From Convolutriloba macropyga (taxonomy: Eukaryota), in assembly GCF_964194025.1 (NCBI RefSeq), contig NC_134469.1:57350001-57414000 (forward strand): a DNA stretch of 64,000 nucleotides. Reading direction: 5' to 3'. The notes under the pieces were generated by a model. That model was given only the letters and a program-made list of their open reading frames with translations, made no database searches and was not told the origin of the DNA. The position numbers were made by a program, and so were the translations under genes. Of this stretch, positions 11,546-24,100 are shown in pieces. The first letter of the stretch is position 1; each line of letters opens with the position of its first letter.

Positions 11546-13209
11546 TCATTCTTATCTTCAGCTTGCACGCTTTGTGGATTATGATTCCCTTTTTTGGTTA
11601 ATTATTGGTGCCACTTTTTAAAAATTTAGTCATGTTTTGGGTATTTTAGGCCTTTACACCTCAAAGCGAAAGCGGCTTCTCTTAAAAGCATTTATTGCTT
11701 CCAGTCCCTAAAAGTGCGAAATGCGGTTTTAAATTATCTGAAAAATAAATTACGGGAAATTTCACGGATGGCGCTTCCCTCAAACATACTTTGCGGTGAA
11801 AAGCAGTTTTCACTTGTCAACTTCCAGCTTAAAAGTGAAAACCATTGACTGGAATTTCCATTTAAGGCACCGTCTTATCGTCCGCGAAATGCAAAAGTAT
11901 GTTTCATACGCACAATGTATTTACATAGGGAAATTGATATCCGGTTAAAGCACAATTTGTTACCGGTAAACGCTCGTAATGTATGCCTAACAATGCCTTT
12001 TCAGCATATTAAAACCTAACAACTTATCTAAATAATTAAACATCCAGAATTTCTATCTAAAACTCGAAGGAAGAATTTGAAACCGAAACGATGTTGTAGT
12101 TTTTTAATTTGCTATTCATCAAATTAGTCTAAATTTCGGTAGTAAATTACGGGCATGTGGCTTCGAATGAAAAAAAAACACATTAATATTCAGAATTAAT
12201 AATGTTCATTGACAAAAGTTCAAAAAGAAGCTCAGACTGCATTATGCTCTGAGGAACCATTATTTATATGAAACCCAAATTTGTGTTTATTATTTACGTT
12301 CTTACTCTTTTATTCAAGTTTTCTTTACAGAAAAACAGCAAAAATTCATACTTTTCAGGCAAACTGGTGTTCACAAAACAGAGATAACGCAGATGTGAAG
12401 AGTCTGAACGTTTTGAACGATCGCACATTGCCAAGCCACCTTCTTAGCTTCATTATCCTTCCGTAGAAACTTCAAAACTGTTCCAAATGGATTAATTTTA
12501 CTATCTCTATTTGATAAGCTAATCTACATCAAAAACAAATTGTGCTTAAATGTAAATTCAAAACGCAAATACTTCAAAAAAGCACACTAAGCAGCACATC
12601 ACTCAAAATAATATCATTCAAAATCACAACAATCAAAAATCAACACAATATGCAACCTTGTCGCAGTTTTTCTACGCTATCAATCAAGTAGGTCAATTTT
12701 AGCTCGCAAAAATTCAAATAAATCACTTGAACGCAGACCATGGTAAGCACGCAAACATGCCATACCCGAGGAACTGTTTCCTTTATTATCTCGTGAACAA
12801 ACTGTTCTTTTTCATAATAGTGCGTGAACTTTTGCAGATAACGGTTTCTATTGCAGCGGTGAAATGGCGATTCTGTGACTAATTGTCCAAGGAAATCATT
12901 GATGGCAATACCTGCATTTAAATATCCATTCCAATTTATATATACACTAAATATTTAATGAAGGTGTATAGACACTCATTAAAGTTATATTCTACCGACG
13001 AAAAAGGAAACAAATCCATACACGATTGCTTGAAAGAAAACAATTACATATGTCAATTATTACATCTACATTAGAAAATTGAGATCAATTAAGGTGTAAG
13101 CCCCGGATCAATGACGTAATAGTTATACCACAAACCTGCATTATTAGATATCTGATATTAACACACATTCAAATTTTAAGTTCCCACACAACTTACAGTG
13201 TGAGCTTCT

Positions 13210-15396
13210 TCAACTAACTGTAATTGCATCTTCAGCGAAAATCGCACATACATTAGTTCCTTCCCGCAATGTAGAGAGCTGCAGGTTCTTCTCATTTGCC
13301 AGGTCCAATAAAGCTACAAATGCAATTGGTATTGACAGATCAGCTATTGCCTTTTCCGGTAAACTACTTTTGGCACGAGAATACAAATCTGTCAATTCGA
13401 GAGGCTTCTTAGAATCTTGATCAGTTTCGCTCGGTCGATTCTTTATTAACGCAGTCAACATAGAGTGTTTCAACTTTCGAACGTCAACTGTTTTAGCTCG
13501 TTTCGAATAGTTCAGCTTGAACTGTTGGGCATATACAGGTTGTTCGACAAGTGCATTATCGTCGCTGTGGTTGTCGGCGTCATCATTTGCAAACTCGTCA
13601 ATATCGAAGTCGTCACCATTCGCATTGAAAAATTCCGGTTCATCGTCATTATCACGGTTGTCATTTGCCGGATCATCATCTTTGTAATCATCATCACGCA
13701 GGGCATGAACAAGATTGCTCTTATCAAGTGCATTTTGGTAATCATACCCTTCTTCAAGCTCAATTTCAACTTCATTTTGAGCTTTCTTTCCTTTCTTACG
13801 CGACTTGGCGAAGTCCAATTTGGCTTCAAAAAACAGCGACCATTTTTCTCGAGGGAACTCTACTCGACTGTACGCAGCGCAAGTTCGCTTATTTTTGTCA
13901 ATAGTCTTATCGGAGAGAGTTGTTGCCGCTGTGCTTTTCTGTGATGCAAGTGCAGCCTTCGATTTGAACTCAACCAGAATTGTATTCGGGGATATCTTAG
14001 TTTTCTTTTTCACTACTTTGCTTCCAGCTTCGCGTGAGTTAGCTTTAGCTCTGGTTCCAAAGAAAGCATTCAAAACTGGCTCGCTGAAGTTTGTGAAATC
14101 ACCAGGCTGTATGAACTTGAGAAGGTTTTCCAGAGATGGTTCGATGTTGCTAAATTGTGTCTCTCCTAGAACGTCAAACTCGCGACCAGTGCCTGGAGCA
14201 ATTGCTGAATCATTTCCGGGTGGTACCGCAGCAAATGCTTCTTCTGCGCGAGAAACAGATCCAATGTTTTCATCCTGGTCGAAATTAATAGAATACTCCT
14301 GGTCGTCGAACGCATTATCAGGCGCAGGTGGTGCGTCAGGGTCGAATGCAAAATTATCCTGAACGTCCATCAGAAATTTGTCCATTCTCGAGTCATTGAT
14401 TGTATCTTGAGTACGATTCATCACCGAGTCATTGAAAAATCTGTAAACTTCGTCAATCGGGGGACACAAAATTTTAGATTTCACTTCATCTAAATCAGGC
14501 AGACAGAGATTTTCTCTTGAAATTAAAGGGAAGGTGCTTGCATCTGTGTAGGTAGTTCTGAATGCTGACATTTTCTCTCTGCCATCAGTCACTATACGTT
14601 CTTTCCTGTCTTCCCCTTCTTCCAATGGGAGGTTCAGACACACAATAGCATTATTAGTTGTATCAATAAGCGATCCTGCTGTCTTGCGTATTGCGTCATG
14701 TTCTACGTTATACACAACATGTTTGAAGATTTTACTGGTATCTTCCACAATGCATTTAAAGTTTTTCTTTCGTTTTTTCAGTCGAATAGGAATTTCTGAT
14801 TCCACATCTGCATCTGCATTATCTCCTCCGTTTTCGTCATCTTCCTTACTTTTTCCGCCCCCCAGAATATTTGCAACACGATACGCGTCTGTGTGCAAGC
14901 CGTCAACTCGATATGAGTAAATCTTCGCGCCAACATCAATAGTACATCCAGCAGTTTGAAAAAACTGTTCTTTGTTACACGACTGCAATACTTCAGCCAT
15001 CATGTCAATTAGATGCAGCGAAAAAGCGTTTTTTGCATTCAGTTTTCCCGAATTGGCTGCCTGTACGCAACTTTGGTAATGATTGACTACCTGTTCTATA
15101 TCCATGTTTGGCCTCGCCATTACTTCAAGTTGTTCTTTATTAGGAACTTGAGAGCTGGACAACACGTCTCCAGCCCGAAGCGATCGACGCATTTGCTGCT
15201 GCTGCTTCTGAGACGTCTCTGCATTTTCTCGCAATTGCTTAGAAGCAGGCGAAAAGGATCCGTTCTCATCGATAACTGAGCTGTTCAAGGTACTATTTAA
15301 AAGCGACTGACGCAGCAGACTTTTCCGTTTTCGTTTTTCACTTCGCTGTGGAGTGGCGCCCACTGTTGAACCCGGACTCATTTCTACGTCAGTCAT
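13210..15396 (-). CDS. NCAPH: Condensin complex subunit 2 (kleisin CAP-H/Barren), single coding exon, ~728 aa
   Basis: N-terminal kleisin motif KLNAKNAFSLHLID...FQTAGCTIDVGAKIYSYRVDGLH. C-terminal YSKRAKTVDVRKLK and LSIPIAFVALLDLANEKNLQL. Acidic linker between them. Start placed at ATG 15396 (MTDVEMSPG), which follows a TTTCATATTAG acceptor; the track's GTG start at 15462 is unlikely. Confidence 0.95.
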   Translation of the reverse strand: MTDVEMSPGSTVGATPQRSEKRKRKSLLRQSLLNSTLNSSVIDENGSFSPASKQLRENAETSQKQQQQMRRSLRAGDVLSSSQVPNKEQLEVMARPNMDIEQVVNHYQSCVQAANSGKLNAKNAFSLHLIDMMAEVLQSCNKEQFFQTAGCTIDVGAKIYSYRVDGLHTDAYRVANILGGGKSKEDDENGGDNADADVESEIPIRLKKRKKNFKCIVEDTSKIFKHVVYNVEHDAIRKTAGSLIDTTNNAIVCLNLPLEEGEDRKERIVTDGREKMSAFRTTYTDASTFPLISRENLCLPDLDEVKSKILCPPIDEVYRFFNDSVMNRTQDTINDSRMDKFLMDVQDNFAFDPDAPPAPDNAFDDQEYSINFDQDENIGSVSRAEEAFAAVPPGNDSAIAPGTGREFDVLGETQFSNIEPSLENLLKFIQPGDFTNFSEPVLNAFFGTRAKANSREAGSKVVKKKTKISPNTILVEFKSKAALASQKSTAATTLSDKTIDKNKRTCAAYSRVEFPREKWSLFFEAKLDFAKSRKKGKKAQNEVEIELEEGYDYQNALDKSNLVHALRDDDYKDDDPANDNRDNDDEPEFFNANGDDFDIDEFANDDADNHSDDNALVEQPVYAQQFKLNYSKRAKTVDVRKLKHSMLTALIKNRPSETDQDSKKPLELTDLYSRAKSSLPEKAIADLSIPIAFVALLDLANEKNLQLSTLREGTNVCAIFAEDAITVS

Positions 15397-15821
15397 TACT
15401 AATATGAAACATGGCAATTGATATGAAGAATATGCCGACATATTACTCAACCCACCACACACTCCTTTTCATAGATAGAAAATTATATATTAAGTTTGGC
15501 ATTAAGTTGTATTGAGTAGGCAATTCGGACTTCCACTTTTGCAGCACAATTTCTTACCACAAATGGACTAGCAATGAACGAAAGCATTTGTGCGATCAGA
15601 TAAAACTCATGTCCGAAACTAGTTTGAAATATAATATTGATTTCTTAGCTGTTGAATTTTCTCTCAGTTTTCATCTAGATAAGTTTTAAAAAAAATTTTA
15701 CATCATAACTTTCTGTATACTATGATGTGGGACCATTTGATTATTTTCCACACTATTATGTGGCACACCAAAAAAAATTAGGGGACAAAATTAAAAGTGT
15801 TTGATCTAATTTATGTTTCAG

Positions 15822-15984
15822 TCTATCTCTGTTTGCGGCATCTCTGGTTGCTTTCGTTCTGTTCGTCATAATAGGACTGGTGCTCAAGATCTGCTGGCAA
15901 CAGAAGAAAGCAAGACAGCAGTCCATGTATTACTGCGCAAGCCACACCGAATACAGCAGCCTCGTAGAAAACAACGACTTCTAA
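15822..15984 (+). CDS. Probable terminal coding exon of a single-pass membrane protein
   Basis: CTAAT branch point at 15806 and TTTCAG acceptor ending at 15821. The phase-2 frame reads xLSLFAASLVAFVLFVIIGLVLKICWQQKKARQQSMYYCASHTEYSSLVENNDF*: a 21-aa hydrophobic helix, a basic stop-transfer stretch and a YSSL motif. ATTAAA signals at about 16059 and 16081. Confidence 0.6.
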
Positions 15985-17154
15985 TTGCACAGAGGACCAG
16001 CAGCACATTTAATGTTCTAATGTGACTATTCCATATCTGTCGAATAATTCTAACTTCATTAAAATGCATAATTTTGAAAAATTAAATAGTTTATAATACA
16101 TGAGCTTTGCTAAGAGACAAATAATGCTGGAGAGTAGCCGCAAAAAAAAATTTCCTGTGTCACACCCCTTCTAAAAATAAGTATCTTGATCTTGAAGTTC
16201 ACACATGCCCCACAAAAGTAAAAAAAACAAGAATGAGAGCGGTTTTTAAAGAAAGTAAACTGCAAACCTTTGACGAAGCAGTCAGAAAAACAAAACGAAA
16301 ACTTGTGAAAATTAAAGAAGAAACCATTTAAGACACAATTCAATTAACTTATAGCCATTTAGATGTTTCAGAGTGCACTTTTAAGCAGAGAGTATGGTAA
16401 TTAACAGTTGGTTTGTTAGAGCGGTATCTGATGCGCACTATCCACGTTTATGCGTATGCGCACTATCCATCTGATATTTTACTAAATAATAATAAGGCTT
16501 TAACTCAGAAAGTATCAATTCAATCTCAACTTAAAAAGAAGCAAGACTTTATGAAGTTTTAAATTATTGTTAGTGAGGTTATTTGAAGCAAAAGTTGTTG
16601 AAATAGATTGAAGTTTTCAAATTTCGACAAAGCGCTTCAGTCAGCAGAATCTCTGGGATTCTGCTGATCCGTTGTTCCACAGATCTGTAGCTAAGGTTGC
16701 ATTGGTCCTTCTTAAATATTGAATGACCTCTAAAAAGTGCATTAAGATTTTCCACTTCTAAATAGGCGTAATAAGAGGTCAAAATTCCTATATATATGCT
16801 CATTGGGTTAGCGAAAAAGTAAAGAACATCCTATGAACCTGTTCATTAGAGACAATAGGAAAATTTCCAGAAGCCAGTCAATATCGCTTTGTAAGTAAAG
16901 CTTAGGTAGGTAATTAAAAACATAGTATTCTTATAAGTTTATATACCAGTTAAAAAAGTTAACTTAAAAAAAAGAAAGCCAAATTTAAATTACATTCATG
17001 TAAAATTGCATTAAAATGATTTCCAGTAATTCTTACAATAACCAATTCCTGTTGCTAGCAAATTGGCATCTTACCACTACCATTTCGCAGAATACACGAG
17101 CTCCAAGGGAGAAAACAATGTTTTGACCGTTATCATTGGGGGCGTTTAATATAG

Positions 17155-19200
17155 CCCGCCAATTTTGCTAAAATTTGTTAATTTTTTTAACAAACATGTT
17201 GATGATTTTATTTTTAAAGACAAAAAACATTATCGGTTACTTTTATTTAGTTTCTTTGTCAAAAATTCGGGCTAAATATTTCAAAATTCAGACTTTTTCA
17301 TCAAAGATAGCACAAAATAAGTTTCTTTAGTCCACTTTGATTAAATTTGCAAGAAGTGCACATCCAAAAACCAGTAACACAATCTTTGTAGACTCAAAAG
17401 GGGGCTATTTCTACTTCAATTTCCGTTGAGAGTGCTCTGTAATTAAAAGTTTGCCGTTTTTGCTATCTTCTCTCGTTGATTATCAAAAACGCAGCATCTG
17501 TTTTTGATTTTTTAACGAACAAAATATCTATATCAATGAAATTCGAAAAATTAAGTGCGTCCTGCAGACGAACAGCATTAGCAAGGCTAGTTTTGGACCA
17601 ATCTTGAACTGTTACAATCCAGAAATAATTCGGATTGTAATCAGTCGGTCTTTTTAAAAAAATCGATCTTTTTTATATTAATTAAGTAACAGAACATTTC
17701 AAATCAGAGCCTACTAGTGATAGGTCCAATTGACTACCTAATTTGCTCCAAATTAATGCCACTTGTTTATTAGTCGGAAGCCTATGGTTGTTTTGACTTT
17801 TAAAAGCATTTGATTTTTAAATGAAAAATGACTTGAACTTTGCCTCCATTTTTCTCTTAATTTGGTCAGCTTGGAGCTTTGTGTCAAAAATGATAGAATG
17901 CTTCTTCTTTCTACTGAGTTCAAATTGAATGTTTATTGCCGTTTTACTCTAAGTTATGGTTTTCTGGCTTTGATACTACTAGATTTCGCATTCTGTTTTA
18001 CTTTTTAGGTACTTGCCATTTTTCATGTCTTATAGTTTTGGCACATTATCACGTTAATGAGAGTTCTTAAATCCCACTGTTGGCGTCCAAAATAATGCAC
18101 AATTGATAATGTTAAAATCCTTAAAGATATAGATTGTGGTTTTAACGGCTTCGACACTAATCTCTACTATAATTTAATTGAATTTTTCTTTTCGTTTTTA
18201 CTTTGTCTTTTTAGTTGTACGAAACTTCTTGTACAATGACCCGGTTTCAAAGGCTTTTCATGGAAGAATAGATGAGCCGATATTCTGATATTAGGAGATA
18301 GCTGATGGGTTTCATGACTTTGAAACAATTGTTTTCCAAATTAAAAAAACACGTTGATTTCGCAATTCTGTACCTTTTATTGTCTTTTTGTTACCTAGTC
18401 TCGTTAATTACAGACCATATATGGCACTATTGTTATCAAGGAAGGTGTCAAAAGGGATTGATGTCACAAAATCTAATGTTTTTATAGAATTCGTTAAAAC
18501 TTTACTGGCTTCGACAAGGGTTCTTCACAAAAAAAAGAAAATTATTTTTTGATTTTTGTCATAATTGAGGTTCATTTTGTAGACGTAAGACATATTCTGG
18601 ATAATTGAAGATCCCAAGAACTTCCTTTGGAAGCAAAAACTAGCCTTTTTCATTTCTTTTTATAATTAATGGCTTTCATGTCTTCGGAAATAATTTTTTT
18701 CGAAAAAAACAAGTATTACTTAATTTAGAAATTTTTTCTTTGTCTACTTTTTACCTAGTTTCATAAAAGAGAGGTCATAAAATACATTATCGGTTTCCGA
18801 AGAAGAAGCAATCAAACATATTTTGGCAAACAAAGTATGGTTTTACGGCTTCGAAAGCGTTTTCTGGCAAGTTTTAATTGATTTTTTGTTTGTTGACTAT
18901 TTCTTGTTCTTTTTGTAACCACATAAAAAGTCGAATACTGACCGTTCTTAATTCCTCTCTTTAGACGCATTGATAATTGTAAACCTAAGGGATATTTTAG
19001 TTGACTTCTAGTGGTTTTCATCACTTTGAAATTAATTGTTTTTTTTTTAAAAAAAGCGAATTTTTCAACTTTACTGTTTTTGTTCTTAATTGTCTTATTG
19101 TTACCAAGCCTTAATATGGACTGGTGCCCATATCTTTTTTGGTGAATTACAAGTTATTTTGTTTAGTTTCAGTTTTATCTGACACTATTTTGACTTTGTT
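17155..19200 (+). repeat. Left arm of a long diverged inverted repeat, including ~350-bp degenerate tandem units
   Basis: CGCCAATTTTGCTAAAATTTGTT (17157) and CTGTAATTAAAAGTTTGCCG (17437) match reverse complements near 27100 and 26830. TTACCTAG and GGCTTCGA motifs recur about every 340-360 bp. Confidence 0.55.
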
Positions 19201-21149
19201 ATTAAGTTTTTTTTAAAACGGACATAAAATTTTTGATTTAATTAATGTTTGTTGTTGTTGTTGTTTGATTTTGCTGTTCGTCTTAACTCGCTTTCTTAAT
19301 ATTGGCATATCTCATCAATCTAATGCATCATTTTCTACTACACTGTGTTATTTGTTGAGGAGGCTATCTTTTTGTTCATACACCCATATTTTTTTGAAAA
19401 ATACTTAATTTTTGTGTTTTTCTATCTGTTCCTCATTTGGTAGACAATTATGCCAAAATTGTGGATGAGCGGGGTCGGAACCTTATGTGCGATCGCACAT
19501 TACCGAGCCTCCTTGTTCAGCTTAGCAGTACAAACCAATTCTGCAAAGCGCCAACTATTGAATCCAATGCACCCTCAAAATTGTTACAAAGGTACTCAAA
19601 ACAAAACACCATCATTCGCATGAAAATGGCAAGTTACATTTAGCCGTTCGAAAAGAAAACTTATAGAGGTTAAGTTTTAAAGCACGAGAACAGAAAAGGA
19701 CAAAAACCTACCCTTGAAGGAACTAAATGCAAGCCTAGCTTCTCTTGTTGTGATTTTTAACCCCCCCCCCCCCAATCACGCAAGAATTGATTAGAGGAAG
19801 ACATGAGTAGCATTCAATGGCCCTTACATTGTAGAAAACTTTCGTTTTTAAAATTTCCCAAAAAAATCTTATTTTTCCTGATAATTTTGGGGAGAAAAAA
19901 ATTTTCTCTCTGAATCTCTAATAATTAGATAGTTTATATGTTTTATTTCAGACTGTTTTATGCATTTTGACAAAAAAAAAAATCAAAAAACGGATAGACC
20001 TGTAGAAGCTAAAACAATTGAGTTAAGATACATTCACTTACTATCAATTAATCTAATTAACTGCAGAGCTTAAAAATTTCTCAAGTAGCTTTGAGCAAAC
20101 ATGGCTTTAACCTAGTGTATGATACAGATCTCAATACATGGGAAAATCTGCAACTTTTTTTTACAATTCTTTCCCAACTTTTATTTTTGATGTTTTCCAA
20201 TTTCGCCTTTTAAATGATCCAATCTGGTGAAAACGAACACTTTCTATAATTCTGCACCGTTCACATTGATAAGCGATTCTAAACTACAGCAACCGAAAAA
20301 AATCCGTACACTATATTATATTTTCAAAAAAAGTTGAACCTGTGAGTTTGCCACCGCATTTCTTTCCGTTTTGTTGTAATGAGGTCATCGATGCAATTTT
20401 CAAAAGTCTCCTTACTTATAATACAATTCATAGTTATGGCCGTTTTCACGCGGTCAGTTTTGACCACTCTCATTCTCATGTGTTTTCCAATAACTCATTA
20501 ATTTAGCTTCAGGAAAGAACGAGCTTGCATCTGTTGATATGCTTGACCATTTATGGAGAGCATTTATTTTGCCTGAAGACAAAAATGTGAACTTTCTGAT
20601 GCGGCACAAATGTCTTGCTGTTTTCGATATTGTCATTTCGTGATGTTAGCAAAGGGTTTAATGTTTGGTAGATTCATTTTCTTTTGAATTTTGATAATTG
20701 ATTTCAATATGCTTTCAATAATGATGGCTTCAAAATCCGCTTATCCACATTCTTCACTTAATTGGCAACCAAATGATGAAGAGATAGAAAATTTTCAAAA
20801 ACATACATATCGTTCCATAAACAACCAACGGAATACAATAATGCCAACCTAAAGGGCCCATGAACGTTGCAATGTTGTTGATAATAGGACCACTAGATAG
20901 GACAACCATAAATATCAAACAACAAACATTATGTACGACCAATACTCGATTTCTATTATAAGTAAAAACATAATAAAATCAAACTCGCATCAGATAAATC
21001 CTAAACGAAACAATTTAACTTATACTTCATTAGAAAAGATATGGGACATGTCCCCAATGCGGCTGGTAAACAGGTCGACAAAAAAGAGCAAAGAGGCGCG
21101 AAGTTCAATAATACGTTTCTATATTTGAAAACAATTAATATCAACGTTG

Positions 21150-24100
21150 TTAACGTCATTAGATATCAACTGAAATTCCTAAAATGTTCATTTATATCTC
21201 CATAGAGAGCAATTGAGACATGTCATTATTCAATGATCAATTGCGCAAAATTTCAAAGCCAATGGGACATACAATTTTTGTTATAAATTGAAAAGAAAAT
21301 AAAAATCCTACAAAATGTACAAACATAAAAACAATCTTAAATATTTTATGAAACCTCGTAGTAACACTAGTAACAAAGACCAGAAACAAATGTTCGAAGC
21401 TTAAACTGTTATAGAGATTAATTTATAGTTCACTGGATACGGGTTGTGACCTGTGTTTACAGAGACTGAGCTACAAATCGACCGAAAAACTATTTAAAAA
21501 AATGAGGAAGCTAAAAACCCAAATTTCTTTTTGAAGACAAAAATTTTCAAAGTCATAACAGAAAAAAGATTTTAACAAACAGCGATGAATTAAATTGCAA
21601 TAGCTCAGAAAGCGAATTGGGCCTCTTAAAAATGAGACTAGGTAATGACCCCACAAAATAACAAACATATTATTATTATTGGTTTAAGCACCAATCTCAA
21701 CAGCGCAGGAAAATTAAAAAAGATAAGTTTTGAGTTTTCGCCTGAATAAAATTTTAGAAGGTATAAGTTTCAAATCAAATGAAGGTTTATTCCACTCAAC
21801 AGCGACAGCAAGCGAGACCGAACGTCTTCCAAAATAAGAGCGAAATTTGGGAACAGTAATTTGTAAAAAAAATATTGAGACCTTGTAACTATCGTGTTTC
21901 GTTTCATTAGTTCCGATAAATATGGTTGCAGTTTGCCAAGCTGATGTACAAAGCGATAAGAATATAATAGGATTCTGAACACAATGCGTTGCCTAACCAG
22001 TGTAGCTGCTTCAGGTACGACGAAGTTGGTGTTGAACGTGACAATCGAAAAATCAAACTCGCGGCAGAGATCATTATTCCCTGAAGTTTTGCTAATAAAA
22101 AGATTGGCAGACCACAATAAAAAGAATTACAGTAGTCAACACGTGATAACACTAAAATTCTAATTAACTCAATTAGGACTGGTGTTTTAACTTGATCACG
22201 AATTGACCAAACTTTACGGAGAAAAAAAACGAATTCGAACAAACCAAGTTGACCTGTCGTTGCAGAGTAAGTTGACAATCAATATAACATCAAAAAGGCA
22301 TTGAATGAAGGTCGAACCGAATACAAAAAAACGGTATCATCTGCACAAAAATGATACTTGTTTCCCAGTTCTTTCAGCTTATCTTCTAAAAGCAGCATGT
22401 AACAGGAAAAAGTAAAGGAACAAGAACCGATCCTTGTGGCACACCCGTCTTAACTTTAACATCACCAGAGAGACATCTATTTATGATAATTTGTTGCGAA
22501 CGATGCGAAAGATAATTCTTAATAAACAGTAACACCACCGATTGCAAACCAATCCTTTTCGCTAATATCTCAGATAAAAACTGATGATCAATAATATCAA
22601 ACGCTGCGGACAAGTCTACCCCAATATACATCACGGAGCGAGACTCGTCTAGATAGCAAAGATGATCATTTAAGACTTTTAGCAAAGCCATTTCCGTTGA
22701 ATGCGAGCAACGAAAAGCACTCTGATACTTGCTCATAAGATTATTGGATTCCAGATAGAAATTAATTTGCTCAAAAACAACTCTTTCAATAACTTTTGAC
22801 AGGACTCTTAGATTTGTGACAAGGCGATAACTTAACAAATCAGGATCAAGGCTAGACTTCTTTATGAGTGGCCTCACGACTCTCATTTGAATTGATTTGG
22901 GAATTATCCTGTCTGGAGAGTTGAATTAATCACCGCAAGGAAGTAGTCCGGAGAATTTGTCAAAACAATTTTACATAACCTCGTTGGTATTACATCACTC
23001 CGTGCCGTACTGTTCGAAATTTTTGGAAGAGGTAATTGCAACTTATTCAGTGTGAAAACTTGAAACTGTCCAGGGTTTTGCATGTGAATCATTCAATTCT
23101 AGACCATTCGTTGGAGGTAGTGAAACGAATACGGCTTCTATTTTCTCAACAAAAAAAGAATTAAACTTATTTGCTAGACATTCAGGCCCCCCGAGTGACT
23201 GCGGCAGAAAACTATTTTTTCCTTATATTGTCCTAACATGCTTGATTTCCTTAGTGACACATTTTTCGAAGTATTGTTTTCTTTTGGTAAACAGTTCAAA
23301 ATACTCCAAAACTGAATTAAGAAACCGGCTTTTGGCTTGGGAAATACCATTCTTTCGGTAAGCTTTCTCGAACTTTCTTCTGAACCTTTTCATCGTTCTT
23401 AGCTCATCCTCAAAGAAAGGGCACGTATGATTTCTTACATAATTAGTTTTCAGAGGATGGTTCTTATCGACATAGCTCATTTCGTTCATTAAAACACTGT
23501 TCCAAACATTTTCAGGTTTATATTTTCTGCAAACGCTACCACGTCAAAAATTTCACCATTTTCTGCAAGAGGCCTTCTTCACAGCTCAATTCTCGTGCTT
23601 TTGCAGAAGGTTGAAGCGCAAAACTCCATGATCAGAGCTTTTAGGGTAACTTACAAGAGGTTCTGATACTTCAACCACCTCGGATGTAATAACCTGGTCA
23701 AAATTCTACCACTTTTGTTAGTAGTCACGGTTACTTGCTGTTTCAAACCAAACTCATCCAAAAAGCAAATCCAATTTCTTGACGCATCATTTGATAGCAG
23801 CATAGAAATATTGACATCGCCTACAAGTAAATTTTTGAACAACAGCGCTTTCTCCTCAATAAACGATGTTAATTCACTTAAAAACACGTACATTAGTATT
23901 TGGTCGACGGTATATATAAACCAAACGATAAACTGACTTGCCCAACGTAAATTCAAGAAAAGCCACCTCCGGGTTTGTAAAACAATTGTTTGAAAAATTA
24001 TCGACACGTAAAGTTCCATCATAAAACACCTCTAATCCTCCGCCACTCCACTTTTTTCTTTTCTGTTTGCACTCAAGTAATAATAACCATTTGGGCAACC

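Noticed and set aside
12740-12882. ATG|GTAAGC donor spliced to the TTTTGCAG acceptor at 12837 as a mini gene
   Set aside because: It gives only a 15-aa peptide and is not in phase with the 15822 exon.
13465-15279. Several ORFs overlapping NCAPH
   Set aside because: Shadow frames of a long CDS, with no independent features.
15813-16025. 70-aa ORF MFQSISVCG...
   Set aside because: Its ATG lies within the acceptor tract, and the alternative frame (TM helix plus tail) is far more protein-like.
17125-17165. TVIIGGV*YSPP resembling a LINE endonuclease YRPP motif
   Set aside because: An isolated short match; the adjacent sequence is explained by the inverted-repeat arm.
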